53,854 bases of DNA. Origin: Actinomycetota bacterium (GTDB lineage Bacteria; Actinomycetota; Actinomycetes; JACCUZ01). Of the stretch, positions 45,736 to 53,854 are shown piece by piece. The stretch spans positions 1 through 53,854 of the forward strand of contig JAVEDB010000057.1 in the NCBI GenBank assembly GCA_030841185.1, given 5' to 3'. The translations under genes and the position numbers were made by a program. How positions within the stretch are numbered: the first letter of the stretch is position 1; the number at the start of each line of letters is the position of its first letter. The notes beneath the pieces are model-generated. The model saw nothing but the letters and a program-made list of their open reading frames with translations, made no database searches and was not told the origin of the DNA.

Positions 45736-47073
45736 ATGGACAAGCAGCAGGAGTTCGTGCTCCGGACCCTCGAGGAGCGGGACATCCGATTCGTCCGGTT
45801 GTGGTTCACCGACGTGCTGGGCTTCCTCAAGTCGGTGGCCATCGCACCGGCCGAGCTCGAGGGGGCCTTCGCCGAGGGAATCGGGTTCGACGGGTCGTCC
45901 ATCGAGGGCTTCGCCCGCGTCTACGAGTCGGACATGCTCGCGAAGCCGGACCCTGCGACGTTCCAGGTGCTGCCGTGGCGCTCGGAGCTACCCGGCAGCG
46001 CGCGGATGTTCTGCGACATCCTGATGCCCGACGGCACCCCCTCGTACGCCGACCCTCGGCACGTGCTGAAGCGGACGCTGGCGCGCGCGGCCGAGCTGGG
46101 GTTCTCCTTCTACACGCACCCGGAGATCGAGTTCTATCTGTTCCAGCACGCACCTGAGCCGGGGCAGGTGCCCGCACCCATCGACTCCGGCGGCTACTTC
46201 GATCACGTCGCACACGGTGCGGGGCACGACTTCCGCCGCGACGCCATCACCATGCTCGAGGCGATGGGCATCTCGGTGGAGTTCAGCCACCACGAGGGCG
46301 GCCCGGGCCAGCAGGAGATCGACCTGCGGTACGCCGATGCGCTGTCCACGGCCGACAACATCATGACCTTCCGTCTCGTCATGAAGGAGGTCGCCCTCAG
46401 TCAGGGCGTGCACGCGTCGTTCATGCCGAAGCCGTTCACTGAGCATCCTGGGTCCGGCATGCACACGCACCTGTCGTTGTTCGAGGGCGACCGGAACGCG
46501 TTCTACGAGGCGGGCGCGCAGTACCAGCTGTCCAAGGTGGGCCGTGCGTTCATCGCGGGTCTGCTTCGCCATGCGCACGAGATCAGCGCGGTGACCAACC
46601 AGTGGGTCAACTCCTACAAGCGGCTCTCCGGCGGCGGCGAGGCACCGGCGTACGTGTCCTGGGGACACAACAACCGTTCTGCCCTGGTGCGGGTGCCGAT
46701 GTACAAGCCCCAGAAGGGCAACTCCACCCGCGTCGAGTTCCGGTCTCCCGACAGCGCCTGCAACCCGTACCTGTCGTTCGCCGTGATCCTCGCTGCCGGC
46801 CTGCGAGGGATCGAGGAGGGCTACGAGCTGTCCGAGGGGGCCGAGGACAACATCTGGGAGCTCACGGATGCCGAGCGGAGGGCCCTCGGCATCGAGCCGC
46901 TGCCCACGAGTCTGACCGACGCCGTGCGTGCGATGGAGAGCAGCGAGCTCGTCGCGGAGACCCTTGGCGAGCACGTCTTTGACTTCTTCCTGCGCAACAA
47001 GCGGCAGGAGTGGGCGGAGTACCGCCGCCAGGTCACCCGGTTCGAGCTGGACCGGTACCTTCCCATCTTGTGA
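45736..47073 (+). CDS. glnA: type I glutamine synthetase (GlnA2-like, 445 aa)
   Basis: FDGSSIEGF, HPEIEF, HHEGGPGQQE, FMPKP..GSGMHTH, NRSALVR, EFRSPD. Confidence 0.95.
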   Translation: MDKQQEFVLRTLEERDIRFVRLWFTDVLGFLKSVAIAPAELEGAFAEGIGFDGSSIEGFARVYESDMLAKPDPATFQVLPWRSELPGSARMFCDILMPDGTPSYADPRHVLKRTLARAAELGFSFYTHPEIEFYLFQHAPEPGQVPAPIDSGGYFDHVAHGAGHDFRRDAITMLEAMGISVEFSHHEGGPGQQEIDLRYADALSTADNIMTFRLVMKEVALSQGVHASFMPKPFTEHPGSGMHTHLSLFEGDRNAFYEAGAQYQLSKVGRAFIAGLLRHAHEISAVTNQWVNSYKRLSGGGEAPAYVSWGHNNRSALVRVPMYKPQKGNSTRVEFRSPDSACNPYLSFAVILAAGLRGIEEGYELSEGAEDNIWELTDAERRALGIEPLPTSLTDAVRAMESSELVAETLGEHVFDFFLRNKRQEWAEYRRQVTRFELDRYLPIL

Positions 47074-47840
47074 CCGATCCCGCGCTGCTGGTCGTCCAGC
47101 ACGAGGCGGACACCGGTCCGGGATGGTTCGCCGGTTGGCTCGCCGACTCGGGCCTGCGCCTCGACATCGCCCACCCCTACCGGGGTGAGCTGTTGCCCGA
47201 CCTGGACGGCTACGAGGGACTGCTGGTTCTCGGCGGCGCGATGGGACCCGCCGATGACGACCGTTGCCCATGGCTGCCGGGCACCCGCGCGCTGATGGCG
47301 GGTGCCGTGGAGCGTGGGCTGCCCGCCTTGGGGATCTGTCTCGGCGGGGAGCTGCTCGCGCTGGCATGCGGCGGGACGGTGGCGCGAGGGCGCCAGGGAC
47401 CGGAGCTCGGGGTGCTGCCGTTCCAGCTGCGCCCCGAGGCCGCGAGTGACCCGCTGTTCTCCGTCCTGCCGCCCACGGCGGCCGTGTTGCAGTGGCACTG
47501 GGAGGAGATCGCGCAGCTGCCACCCGGTGCTGTCTGGCTCGGCGCGAGCGACGCCTACCCGCACCAGGCGTTCCGCATCGGTGCCGCGGCCTGGGGGGTG
47601 CAGGGCCACCCGGAGGTCACTGCTGACATCGCCGCCGCGTGGGCCCGGGAGGACAGCCCGCTGCTGCTCGAAGCGGGCCGTGACCCCGCGTCACTGGTCG
47701 CCGAGGTGCGAAACGCCGAGGCGATGCTGGTCGAGACCTGGCGTCCGTTGGCTGGTCGGTTCGCTTCCGTCATCCGCGAGCGCCATGGCCGGGGCCTGAC
47801 GGGCACTACCGTGGGCACCCGTGACGGCGGAGCGGCGTGA
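47070..47840 (+). CDS. class I glutamine amidotransferase
   Basis: LGICLG nucleophile, QGHPE; GTGA overlap with glnA. Confidence 0.9.
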   Translation: MTDPALLVVQHEADTGPGWFAGWLADSGLRLDIAHPYRGELLPDLDGYEGLLVLGGAMGPADDDRCPWLPGTRALMAGAVERGLPALGICLGGELLALACGGTVARGRQGPELGVLPFQLRPEAASDPLFSVLPPTAAVLQWHWEEIAQLPPGAVWLGASDAYPHQAFRIGAAAWGVQGHPEVTADIAAAWAREDSPLLLEAGRDPASLVAEVRNAEAMLVETWRPLAGRFASVIRERHGRGLTGTTVGTRDGGAA

Positions 47841-50805
47841 AGGCAGCACCGCCGCCCGTCTCGCCCGTGCCGGCTTCTCCGATCCCGGCGCCGCCGCACC
47901 CGCCCTGGAGTCGGCGGCAGTGCACGGGATCGGCAACGAGGACGAGCTGCTTGCCGCGCTCGCACTGACCGCGGATCCCGACGCGGCCCTGGCGGCGCTC
48001 GCCGAGCTCGCCGTACGGCTCCCCGATGCCAAGCAGTTGGCCGACGCACTCACGGGGGACCCGACGACGCGGGACCGGCTGCTCTCGGTCCTCGGCGCGA
48101 GCCCCGCCCTCGCCGAGCACCTGCTGCGGCACCCCGAGGACTGGCGCGCGATGACCGGCGTCGAGCAGCTGCCACCGAGCGTGCTGCGCCGGCGGCTGCT
48201 CGCCGCGGTGGGCGCTGATCCCGACGCACGGGTTCCCACCGCCGCACTGTCGGGCAGCATCGCGCTCGATGCGTTGCGCGTTGCCTACCGGCGAGAGCTC
48301 CTCGACATCGCGGCCCGCGACCTGACCGGCGTCGTACGCGTCGACGACGTGGCCGCCGAGCTGGCCGACCTGGCTGCCGCGACGCTCGACGCGGCCCTCG
48401 CCGTGGCCCGGGGGGAGCTGCCCGCCGCTGCCGCGCAGTGCCGGCTCGCGGTCATCGCGATGGGCAAGTGCGGCGGCCGCGAGCTCAACTACGCGAGCGA
48501 CGTGGACGTCATCTTCGTCGCCGAGCCCGCCGCCGACACCGACGAGACCGACGCGTTGCGCACGGCGACCCTGCTCGCGTCCGGCCTGATGCGCGTCTGC
48601 TCGGCTACCACGGGCGAGGGCACGATCTGGCCCGTCGACGCGGCCCTGCGACCGGAAGGCAAGGCGGGTCCGCTGGTGCGCACCCTCGCCAGCCACGTCG
48701 CCTACTACGAGCGCTGGGCCAAGACCTGGGAGTTCCAGGCGCTTCTCAAGGCGCGGCCAGTCGCCGGAGATCCTGAGCTCGGCAGGAGGTACGCCGAGTC
48801 GATCGCGCCCCTGGTCTGGGCGGCGGCCGGGCGTGAGGACTTCGTCATCGACGTGCAGGACATGCGCCGTCGGGTCGAGGCAACGCTGCCGGCCGACGCG
48901 CGAAGCCGGCAGCTGAAGCTCGGTCCCGGCGGCCTGCGCGACGTGGAGTTCGCGGTGCAGCTGCTGCAGCTCGTGCACGGCCGGACCGATGAGCGGTTGC
49001 GCAGCCCGAACACCCTCGAGGCGCTCGAGGCTCTCTCCACGCACGGCTATGTCGGACGCGACGACGCGGCGGAGCTGGACCGGGCCTACCGGTTCCTGCG
49101 CACCGTGGAGCACCGGCTGCAGTTGTACCGGCTGCGACGTACGCACGTGATGCCGGACGACGAGGGCGAGCTGCGTCGACTCGGCCGGTCGATGGGGTTC
49201 CGCGGTGCTCCCGTCGAGGAGCTGCACGAGCAGTGGCGCCGGCATGCACGCGAGGTCCGCCGCCTGCACGAGAAGCTGTTCTACCGGCCGTTGCTGACCT
49301 CGGTCGCCCGACTCGGGCCGGCCGAGGCGCGCCTGACGCCGCAGGCCGCGAGTGCCCGGCTCGAGGCGCTGGGCTACCTCGACCCGCCCGGCGCACTGCG
49401 GCACCTCGAGGCGCTCACGGCCGGTGTGTCCCGACGGGCCGCGATCCAGCGGACCCTGCTGCCGGTGATGCTCGCCTGGTTCGCCGATGCACCCGACCCG
49501 GATGGCGGGCTGCTCGCCTTCCGGCAGGTGAGCGAGGCCCTGGGCTCCACTCACTGGTACCTCCGGCTGCTGCGCGACGAGGGCGCGGTGGCCGAGCGGC
49601 TCGCTCACCTGCTTGCCAGCAGTCGCTACGTGGTCGACCTGCTGATGCGCGCTCCCGAGGCGGTCGCGATGCTGGCCGACGACGCCGAGCTGCAACCGCG
49701 GACCCGCGACGCGCTGTCCGCTGAGCTCGCCGCTGCAGTCGGCCGCCACGAGACCCCCGAGCTCGCGGTGGCGGCGGCCCGTGCTGTCCGCCGCCGAGAG
49801 CTGTTCCGCGTCGCCGTCGCCGACCTGCTCGGGCAGCTCGACGTCGAGGCCGTCGGGGCGGCACTCACGGACATCACCGCGACGACCCTGCAGGCGGCAC
49901 TCGACGTGGCGACGCGGTCGGTCCAATCGGAACGCGGTGCGCTGCCAACCCGGATCGCCGTCATCGCCATGGGCCGGTTCGGCGGGGCCGAACAGGGCTA
50001 CAGCAGTGACGCGGACGTGCTGTTCGTCCACGATCCGCTCGATGGCGCCGACGAGCGCGAGGCCACCGACGCGGCGCATGCAGTGGCCAACGAGCTTCGG
50101 CGGCTACTCGGCGTACCCGCTCCTGACCCGCCGCTCGGCGTGGACGCCGACCTGCGACCAGAGGGCCGGCAAGGTCCGCTGGTGCGCACCCTCGCGTCGT
50201 ACGCGGCCTACTACGCCCGGTGGTCGCAGGTATGGGAGAGCCAGGCGCTGCTGCGGGCGCAGCCGGTCGCCGGTGACCGGGAGCTCGGCGCCCGGTTCGC
50301 TGCCCTGGTCGATCCGATGCGCTATCCCGCGGACGGCATCAGCGACGCGGAGGTGCGCGAGATCCGGCGCATCAAGGCACGGATCGACGCGGAACGCCTG
50401 CCCCGCGGTACGGACCCGGCCCGGCACACCAAGCTCGGTCCCGGGGGGCTGGCCGACGTCGAGTGGACGGTGCAGCTGCTTCAGCTGCGCCGCGGCGCGG
50501 ACGTCGCGGGGTTGCGTACGCCGCAGACCCTCGCCGCGCTGGGGGCAGCAGCAGACGCCGGACTGCTCGAAGCTGACGAGGCGATGACCCTGGCTGAGGC
50601 GTGGCGCCTGGCGAGCCGGGTGCGCAACGCGATGATGCTGGTGCGGGGCCGCCCGGGAGACAGCCTGCCGACCGACGCGCGGGAATTGTCCGGAGTCGCG
50701 CGTGTCCTGGGCTACCCGCCGGGCGCAGCAGGCACGATGGTCGAGGACTACCGGCGTGCGACCCGACGTGCCAGGACGGTGGTGGACCGAGTGTTCTTCC
50801 GGTGA
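47821..50805 (+). CDS. glnE: glutamine synthetase adenylyltransferase/deadenylase
   Basis: Two nucleotidyltransferase halves: MGKCGGRELNYASDVD and MGRFGGAEQGYSSDAD, LRPEG twice, KLGPGGL twice. Confidence 0.97.
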   Translation: MTAERREGSTAARLARAGFSDPGAAAPALESAAVHGIGNEDELLAALALTADPDAALAALAELAVRLPDAKQLADALTGDPTTRDRLLSVLGASPALAEHLLRHPEDWRAMTGVEQLPPSVLRRRLLAAVGADPDARVPTAALSGSIALDALRVAYRRELLDIAARDLTGVVRVDDVAAELADLAAATLDAALAVARGELPAAAAQCRLAVIAMGKCGGRELNYASDVDVIFVAEPAADTDETDALRTATLLASGLMRVCSATTGEGTIWPVDAALRPEGKAGPLVRTLASHVAYYERWAKTWEFQALLKARPVAGDPELGRRYAESIAPLVWAAAGREDFVIDVQDMRRRVEATLPADARSRQLKLGPGGLRDVEFAVQLLQLVHGRTDERLRSPNTLEALEALSTHGYVGRDDAAELDRAYRFLRTVEHRLQLYRLRRTHVMPDDEGELRRLGRSMGFRGAPVEELHEQWRRHAREVRRLHEKLFYRPLLTSVARLGPAEARLTPQAASARLEALGYLDPPGALRHLEALTAGVSRRAAIQRTLLPVMLAWFADAPDPDGGLLAFRQVSEALGSTHWYLRLLRDEGAVAERLAHLLASSRYVVDLLMRAPEAVAMLADDAELQPRTRDALSAELAAAVGRHETPELAVAAARAVRRRELFRVAVADLLGQLDVEAVGAALTDITATTLQAALDVATRSVQSERGALPTRIAVIAMGRFGGAEQGYSSDADVLFVHDPLDGADEREATDAAHAVANELRRLLGVPAPDPPLGVDADLRPEGRQGPLVRTLASYAAYYARWSQVWESQALLRAQPVAGDRELGARFAALVDPMRYPADGISDAEVREIRRIKARIDAERLPRGTDPARHTKLGPGGLADVEWTVQLLQLRRGADVAGLRTPQTLAALGAAADAGLLEADEAMTLAEAWRLASRVRNAMMLVRGRPGDSLPTDARELSGVARVLGYPPGAAGTMVEDYRRATRRARTVVDRVFFR

Positions 50806-52082
50806 CGGCGCTCATGACCGGTGAGCGGGTGGAGCAGGCCGACCGACCGGCCTCTTATCGGGATGCCCTCCGCAACCGGGAGTTCCGCGGGCTGGTGATC
50901 GCCCAGGTCACGAGCGAGTGGGGTGACCACATCGCGCGGGTGGCCCTGGCCTCGCTGGTGCTGCGTCGCACCAACAGTGCGTTCCTCTCGGTGCTCGCCT
51001 TCGTCGTGAGCTTCGCGCCCGCGGTGTTCGGTTCGGCGCTGCTGGGCCCGCTCGCGGACCGGCTGCCCCGCAAGGTCATCCTGCTGGGCTGCGACCTGGC
51101 CCGCGGCCTCGTCGTCGCGTTGCTCGCCCTGCTGGCAGTCCCGTCCACACCGATCTGGCTGCTGCTCGGGCTGCTCCTCGTCGCGGAGACGTTCCTCGCG
51201 CCGTTCGAGGTCGCGCAGCGCGCGGTAGTCCCTGACGTCCTCACCGATCCGCGGCACTATCTCGCGGGCAACGGCCTGATGCGCGTCCTGTTCCAGCTCG
51301 ACCAGGTCATCGGGATCTGCCTGGCCGGCCTCATCATCAACGTCTTGTCGGAGCGCTGGGCGCTGGCGTTGAACGCCGGGACGTTCGCGATCTCGTTCGT
51401 GGTCATCGCAGTGTCCCTGCGGTGGCGGCCCGGCGCCCGGGACGGGTCCGAGACACGCACCAGCCTGATCTCGGACGTGCGCGCGGGCTGGCGGCTGGTG
51501 TTCGACGAGCCGGCATTGCGGGCGATGATCATCCTGGGCTGGGGTGCGTCGGTGTTCCTCATCGCTCCCGAGGCTGTCGCGCTCGCCTATGCCCGTGCCG
51601 ACGGAGCGAGTACGGCGGTCGGTGCGCTGTTGCTCGCTAGCATCCCCACCGGCGCGGCGATCGGTGCCTACCTCGTGGGCCGTCTCGGGCCGCTTCGTCA
51701 GGTCCGGGCGATCCTGCCGCTGGCGGTGTTCACCTGCCTTCCGTTGCTCGGTACCAGCCTGGCGCCGCCCTGGCAGGTCACGCTGGTGCTGTGGTTCCTG
51801 AGCGGACTCGGGCAGGGGTTCATGGTGCCGCTCATCGCCACGGTGAACCTGGTGAGCCCGGCGAAGTTCCGGGGTCGGGTCAACGGTCTGGCAGCTGCGG
51901 GGTTCAGCCTGACGACCGCCGCGACGTTCCTGCTGGCCGGCCTCGTCGCCGACCTCACCTCGCCCGCGGTTGCCGTCACCGTGGCTGCCGTGGTCGGCCT
52001 GGCAGTTGTCGGCCTGGCGCACCGGTCGTGGCCCCGCGGAGCTATCCGACGGGCGGCCACCCGCGTCTACACCGGGGGCTGA
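50802..52082 (+). CDS. MFS transporter
   Basis: GPLADRLPRK motif A, about 12 TM helices; GTGA overlap with glnE (start may be 50814). Confidence 0.88.
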   Translation: MTALMTGERVEQADRPASYRDALRNREFRGLVIAQVTSEWGDHIARVALASLVLRRTNSAFLSVLAFVVSFAPAVFGSALLGPLADRLPRKVILLGCDLARGLVVALLALLAVPSTPIWLLLGLLLVAETFLAPFEVAQRAVVPDVLTDPRHYLAGNGLMRVLFQLDQVIGICLAGLIINVLSERWALALNAGTFAISFVVIAVSLRWRPGARDGSETRTSLISDVRAGWRLVFDEPALRAMIILGWGASVFLIAPEAVALAYARADGASTAVGALLLASIPTGAAIGAYLVGRLGPLRQVRAILPLAVFTCLPLLGTSLAPPWQVTLVLWFLSGLGQGFMVPLIATVNLVSPAKFRGRVNGLAAAGFSLTTAATFLLAGLVADLTSPAVAVTVAAVVGLAVVGLAHRSWPRGAIRRAATRVYTGG

Positions 52083-52112
52083 GCGCCGGGCGGCCGAAGC
52101 GTCGGCTGCAGG

Positions 52113-53854
52113 TCAGTCGGTGCGGCGTACTGCGAGAGCGGTGACGTCGTCGTCCCGGTCGCCGTCCCCGAGCGCGTGGATGATCCGGCCGAGCCAGTCA
52201 TCGAGCGGATCGTCGCCGATGTGGCGCGCAAGGTCCACCAGTCGGTCGAGTCCCACGTCGATGTCCTCGCCACGGCGCTCGACGAGCCCATCGGTGAAGG
52301 CAAGCAGGGTTGCTCCTGTGGGGAACTCGACTGTCGTGGCCGTGCGATTGTCGGGCCCGGCACCCAGGGGCAGCGAAACCCGAGCGGTGAGGGGGACGGC
52401 CGTGGCGCCCGGTAGGACGACCAACGGCGGTAAGTGGCCGGCGTTGACGAACGAGATGTTGCCTGCCTCGGGGTCGGCCAGGACGTAGACGAGGGTCACG
52501 AACTGGGCGACCCGGAAGGTCTCGAACATCCGGTCAAGGTTGGCCACGACGGTTTGCGGGTCGGGGTCGATCGCGATGTAGGCACGCAGCGTCGCACGCA
52601 TCTGCGCCATCGCTGCCGCAGCCGCGACACCGCGGCCCATGACATCGCCGACGACGACGGCCATCCGGCCGTCGCCGAGCGGGACCGCGTCGTAGAAGTC
52701 GCCGCCGACCTCGGTCCGACCCGACGGGTTGTAGTGGACTGCCGTCTCCCAGCCGGGGATCTCGGCGATGCTGTCGGGCAGCACGGCGCGCTGCAGCTGG
52801 ACGGCAGCCTCCAGTGTCTGGCTGTGCAGTTGCGCGTTGTCGATGGCGGTGGCGGCTCGGCGGGCCAGTTCTTCGGCGAAGGCCAGGTCGGACTCGTCGT
52901 ACCGCCGGTCGGACTCAGCCCAGACGAGCGTCAGCGCCCCGAGCACCCGCCCGCGCGCCTCGAGCGGGACGATCAAGCCGCTGCGCAGACCCAGCTCACG
53001 GGACAGTCGCAGGTGCTCCGCGTCGACCGTCCCGGCGACCAACATCTCCTCGGTGACATCCCGGTAGAGCTGGCTGCGGCCGGTGCGGACGACGTTCGTC
53101 GCCCCGGTGGCGGCGTCCGGGTCTGTCGGGTAACGCTCCTCCAACGCCTTGACGAACTCCACCTTGACGGGGTCGACGTGCGCCACTGCGAGCCGGTTCA
53201 GGCGTCCGTCCTCGACGATGTCGAGCGCGCACCAGTCCGCGACGGTGGGAACGACCAGACTCGCAACTTTGCGCAGGGTCGTCGGGTAGTCGAGGCTGCC
53301 GGCCAGCTCGGCTGAGACCTCCGCGACGAATCGGAGTTTGTCCGCCGCGTTGGTGGCCTCGGCGAGCGCATTGAACCGCTCTATCGCTTGCCCGCACGTG
53401 TCGGCGAGCGTGGTCAGGAACTCCATCTCCTGCGCGTCCGGCGCCCGCAAACCGCTGAACGACAAACCGATGACGCCGAGGATGCCGTCGCTGGCCTGTA
53501 GTGGCAGGCAGATCATCGAGCGTTCGCCCGGAGCAGCCGTCTCGAGGGCGGGGTACGCCCGGGTGATCGCATCGCGGCCGGTCAGCACGAGCGGCCGGCC
53601 GGTCCGTGCTGCCTCGGCGATCGGAACCTGCTCGGTCAGGGGGAACGACGCCCACCGCTGGGCAGTGCCGACGGGAGCACCCCGGAGCCCGACCAGTGTC
53701 AGCGTCCCAGGGTCCGAGAGCACGGTCATGGAGGAGAGGTCAGCGCCAAGCGCATCGGCGGCATGCGAGACGACGATCTCCACGACCGCGTCCATGTCCC
53801 GCGCCGCGGTCAGCTCCGCGATCACCCGCGACAGCTGCGTCAGGCGCCGCGCGG
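52113..53854 (-). CDS. GAF-GAF-SpoIIE (PP2C) phosphatase, 5' end beyond the window edge
   Basis: VGGDFYD, VGDVMGRG, NAGHLPP, FTDGLVE, DDVT; the reading frame stays open to the end of the window. Confidence 0.93.
   Translation of the reverse strand, partial: ARRLTQLSRVIAELTAARDMDAVVEIVVSHAADALGADLSSMTVLSDPGTLTLVGLRGAPVGTAQRWASFPLTEQVPIAEAARTGRPLVLTGRDAITRAYPALETAAPGERSMICLPLQASDGILGVIGLSFSGLRAPDAQEMEFLTTLADTCGQAIERFNALAEATNAADKLRFVAEVSAELAGSLDYPTTLRKVASLVVPTVADWCALDIVEDGRLNRLAVAHVDPVKVEFVKALEERYPTDPDAATGATNVVRTGRSQLYRDVTEEMLVAGTVDAEHLRLSRELGLRSGLIVPLEARGRVLGALTLVWAESDRRYDESDLAFAEELARRAATAIDNAQLHSQTLEAAVQLQRAVLPDSIAEIPGWETAVHYNPSGRTEVGGDFYDAVPLGDGRMAVVVGDVMGRGVAAAAAMAQMRATLRAYIAIDPDPQTVVANLDRMFETFRVAQFVTLVYVLADPEAGNISFVNAGHLPPLVVLPGATAVPLTARVSLPLGAGPDNRTATTVEFPTGATLLAFTDGLVERRGEDIDVGLDRLVDLARHIGDDPLDDWLGRIIHALGDGDRDDDVTALAVRRTD

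Overview
High-GC actinomycete chromosomal window that is mostly core genome: tRNA-Asn, tRNA-Ile(CAT) and tRNA-Val, the fasR-fabD-fabH-acpP-fabF-accD fatty-acid cluster, aceE, a zinc-ribbon/RNase H pair, an RNB nuclease, rnpB, map, panB, nadE and glnA-GATase-glnE. Short accessory blocks lie between tRNA-Asn and tRNA-Ile, after tRNA-Val and after rnpB. I saw no CRISPR array, integrase or transposase. The best candidate for an undescribed system is at 42715-45561 (- strand). There, a 77-aa precursor has a signal-peptide-like N-terminus and four copies of [V/I/L]-ASNGWQ encoded with different synonymous codons. It is followed by an intrinsic terminator and a multi-TM GAF-GGDEF(GDDEF)-EAL protein, suggesting a multi-core peptide signal coupled to a c-di-GMP receptor-enzyme. 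Other observations: an orphan QueC-like PP-loop/4-Cys protein; FabD fused to a lysine-less biotinyl/lipoyl-like domain; an anti-sigma kinase with a FixL-like PAS; a probable nif3 remnant with a CTG-initiated downstream gene; candidate structured leaders (panB, DUF3145, 3508-3760); and Nur, GlnR and MabR/FasR-like operators. All family calls come from reading motifs by eye; no database search was run.
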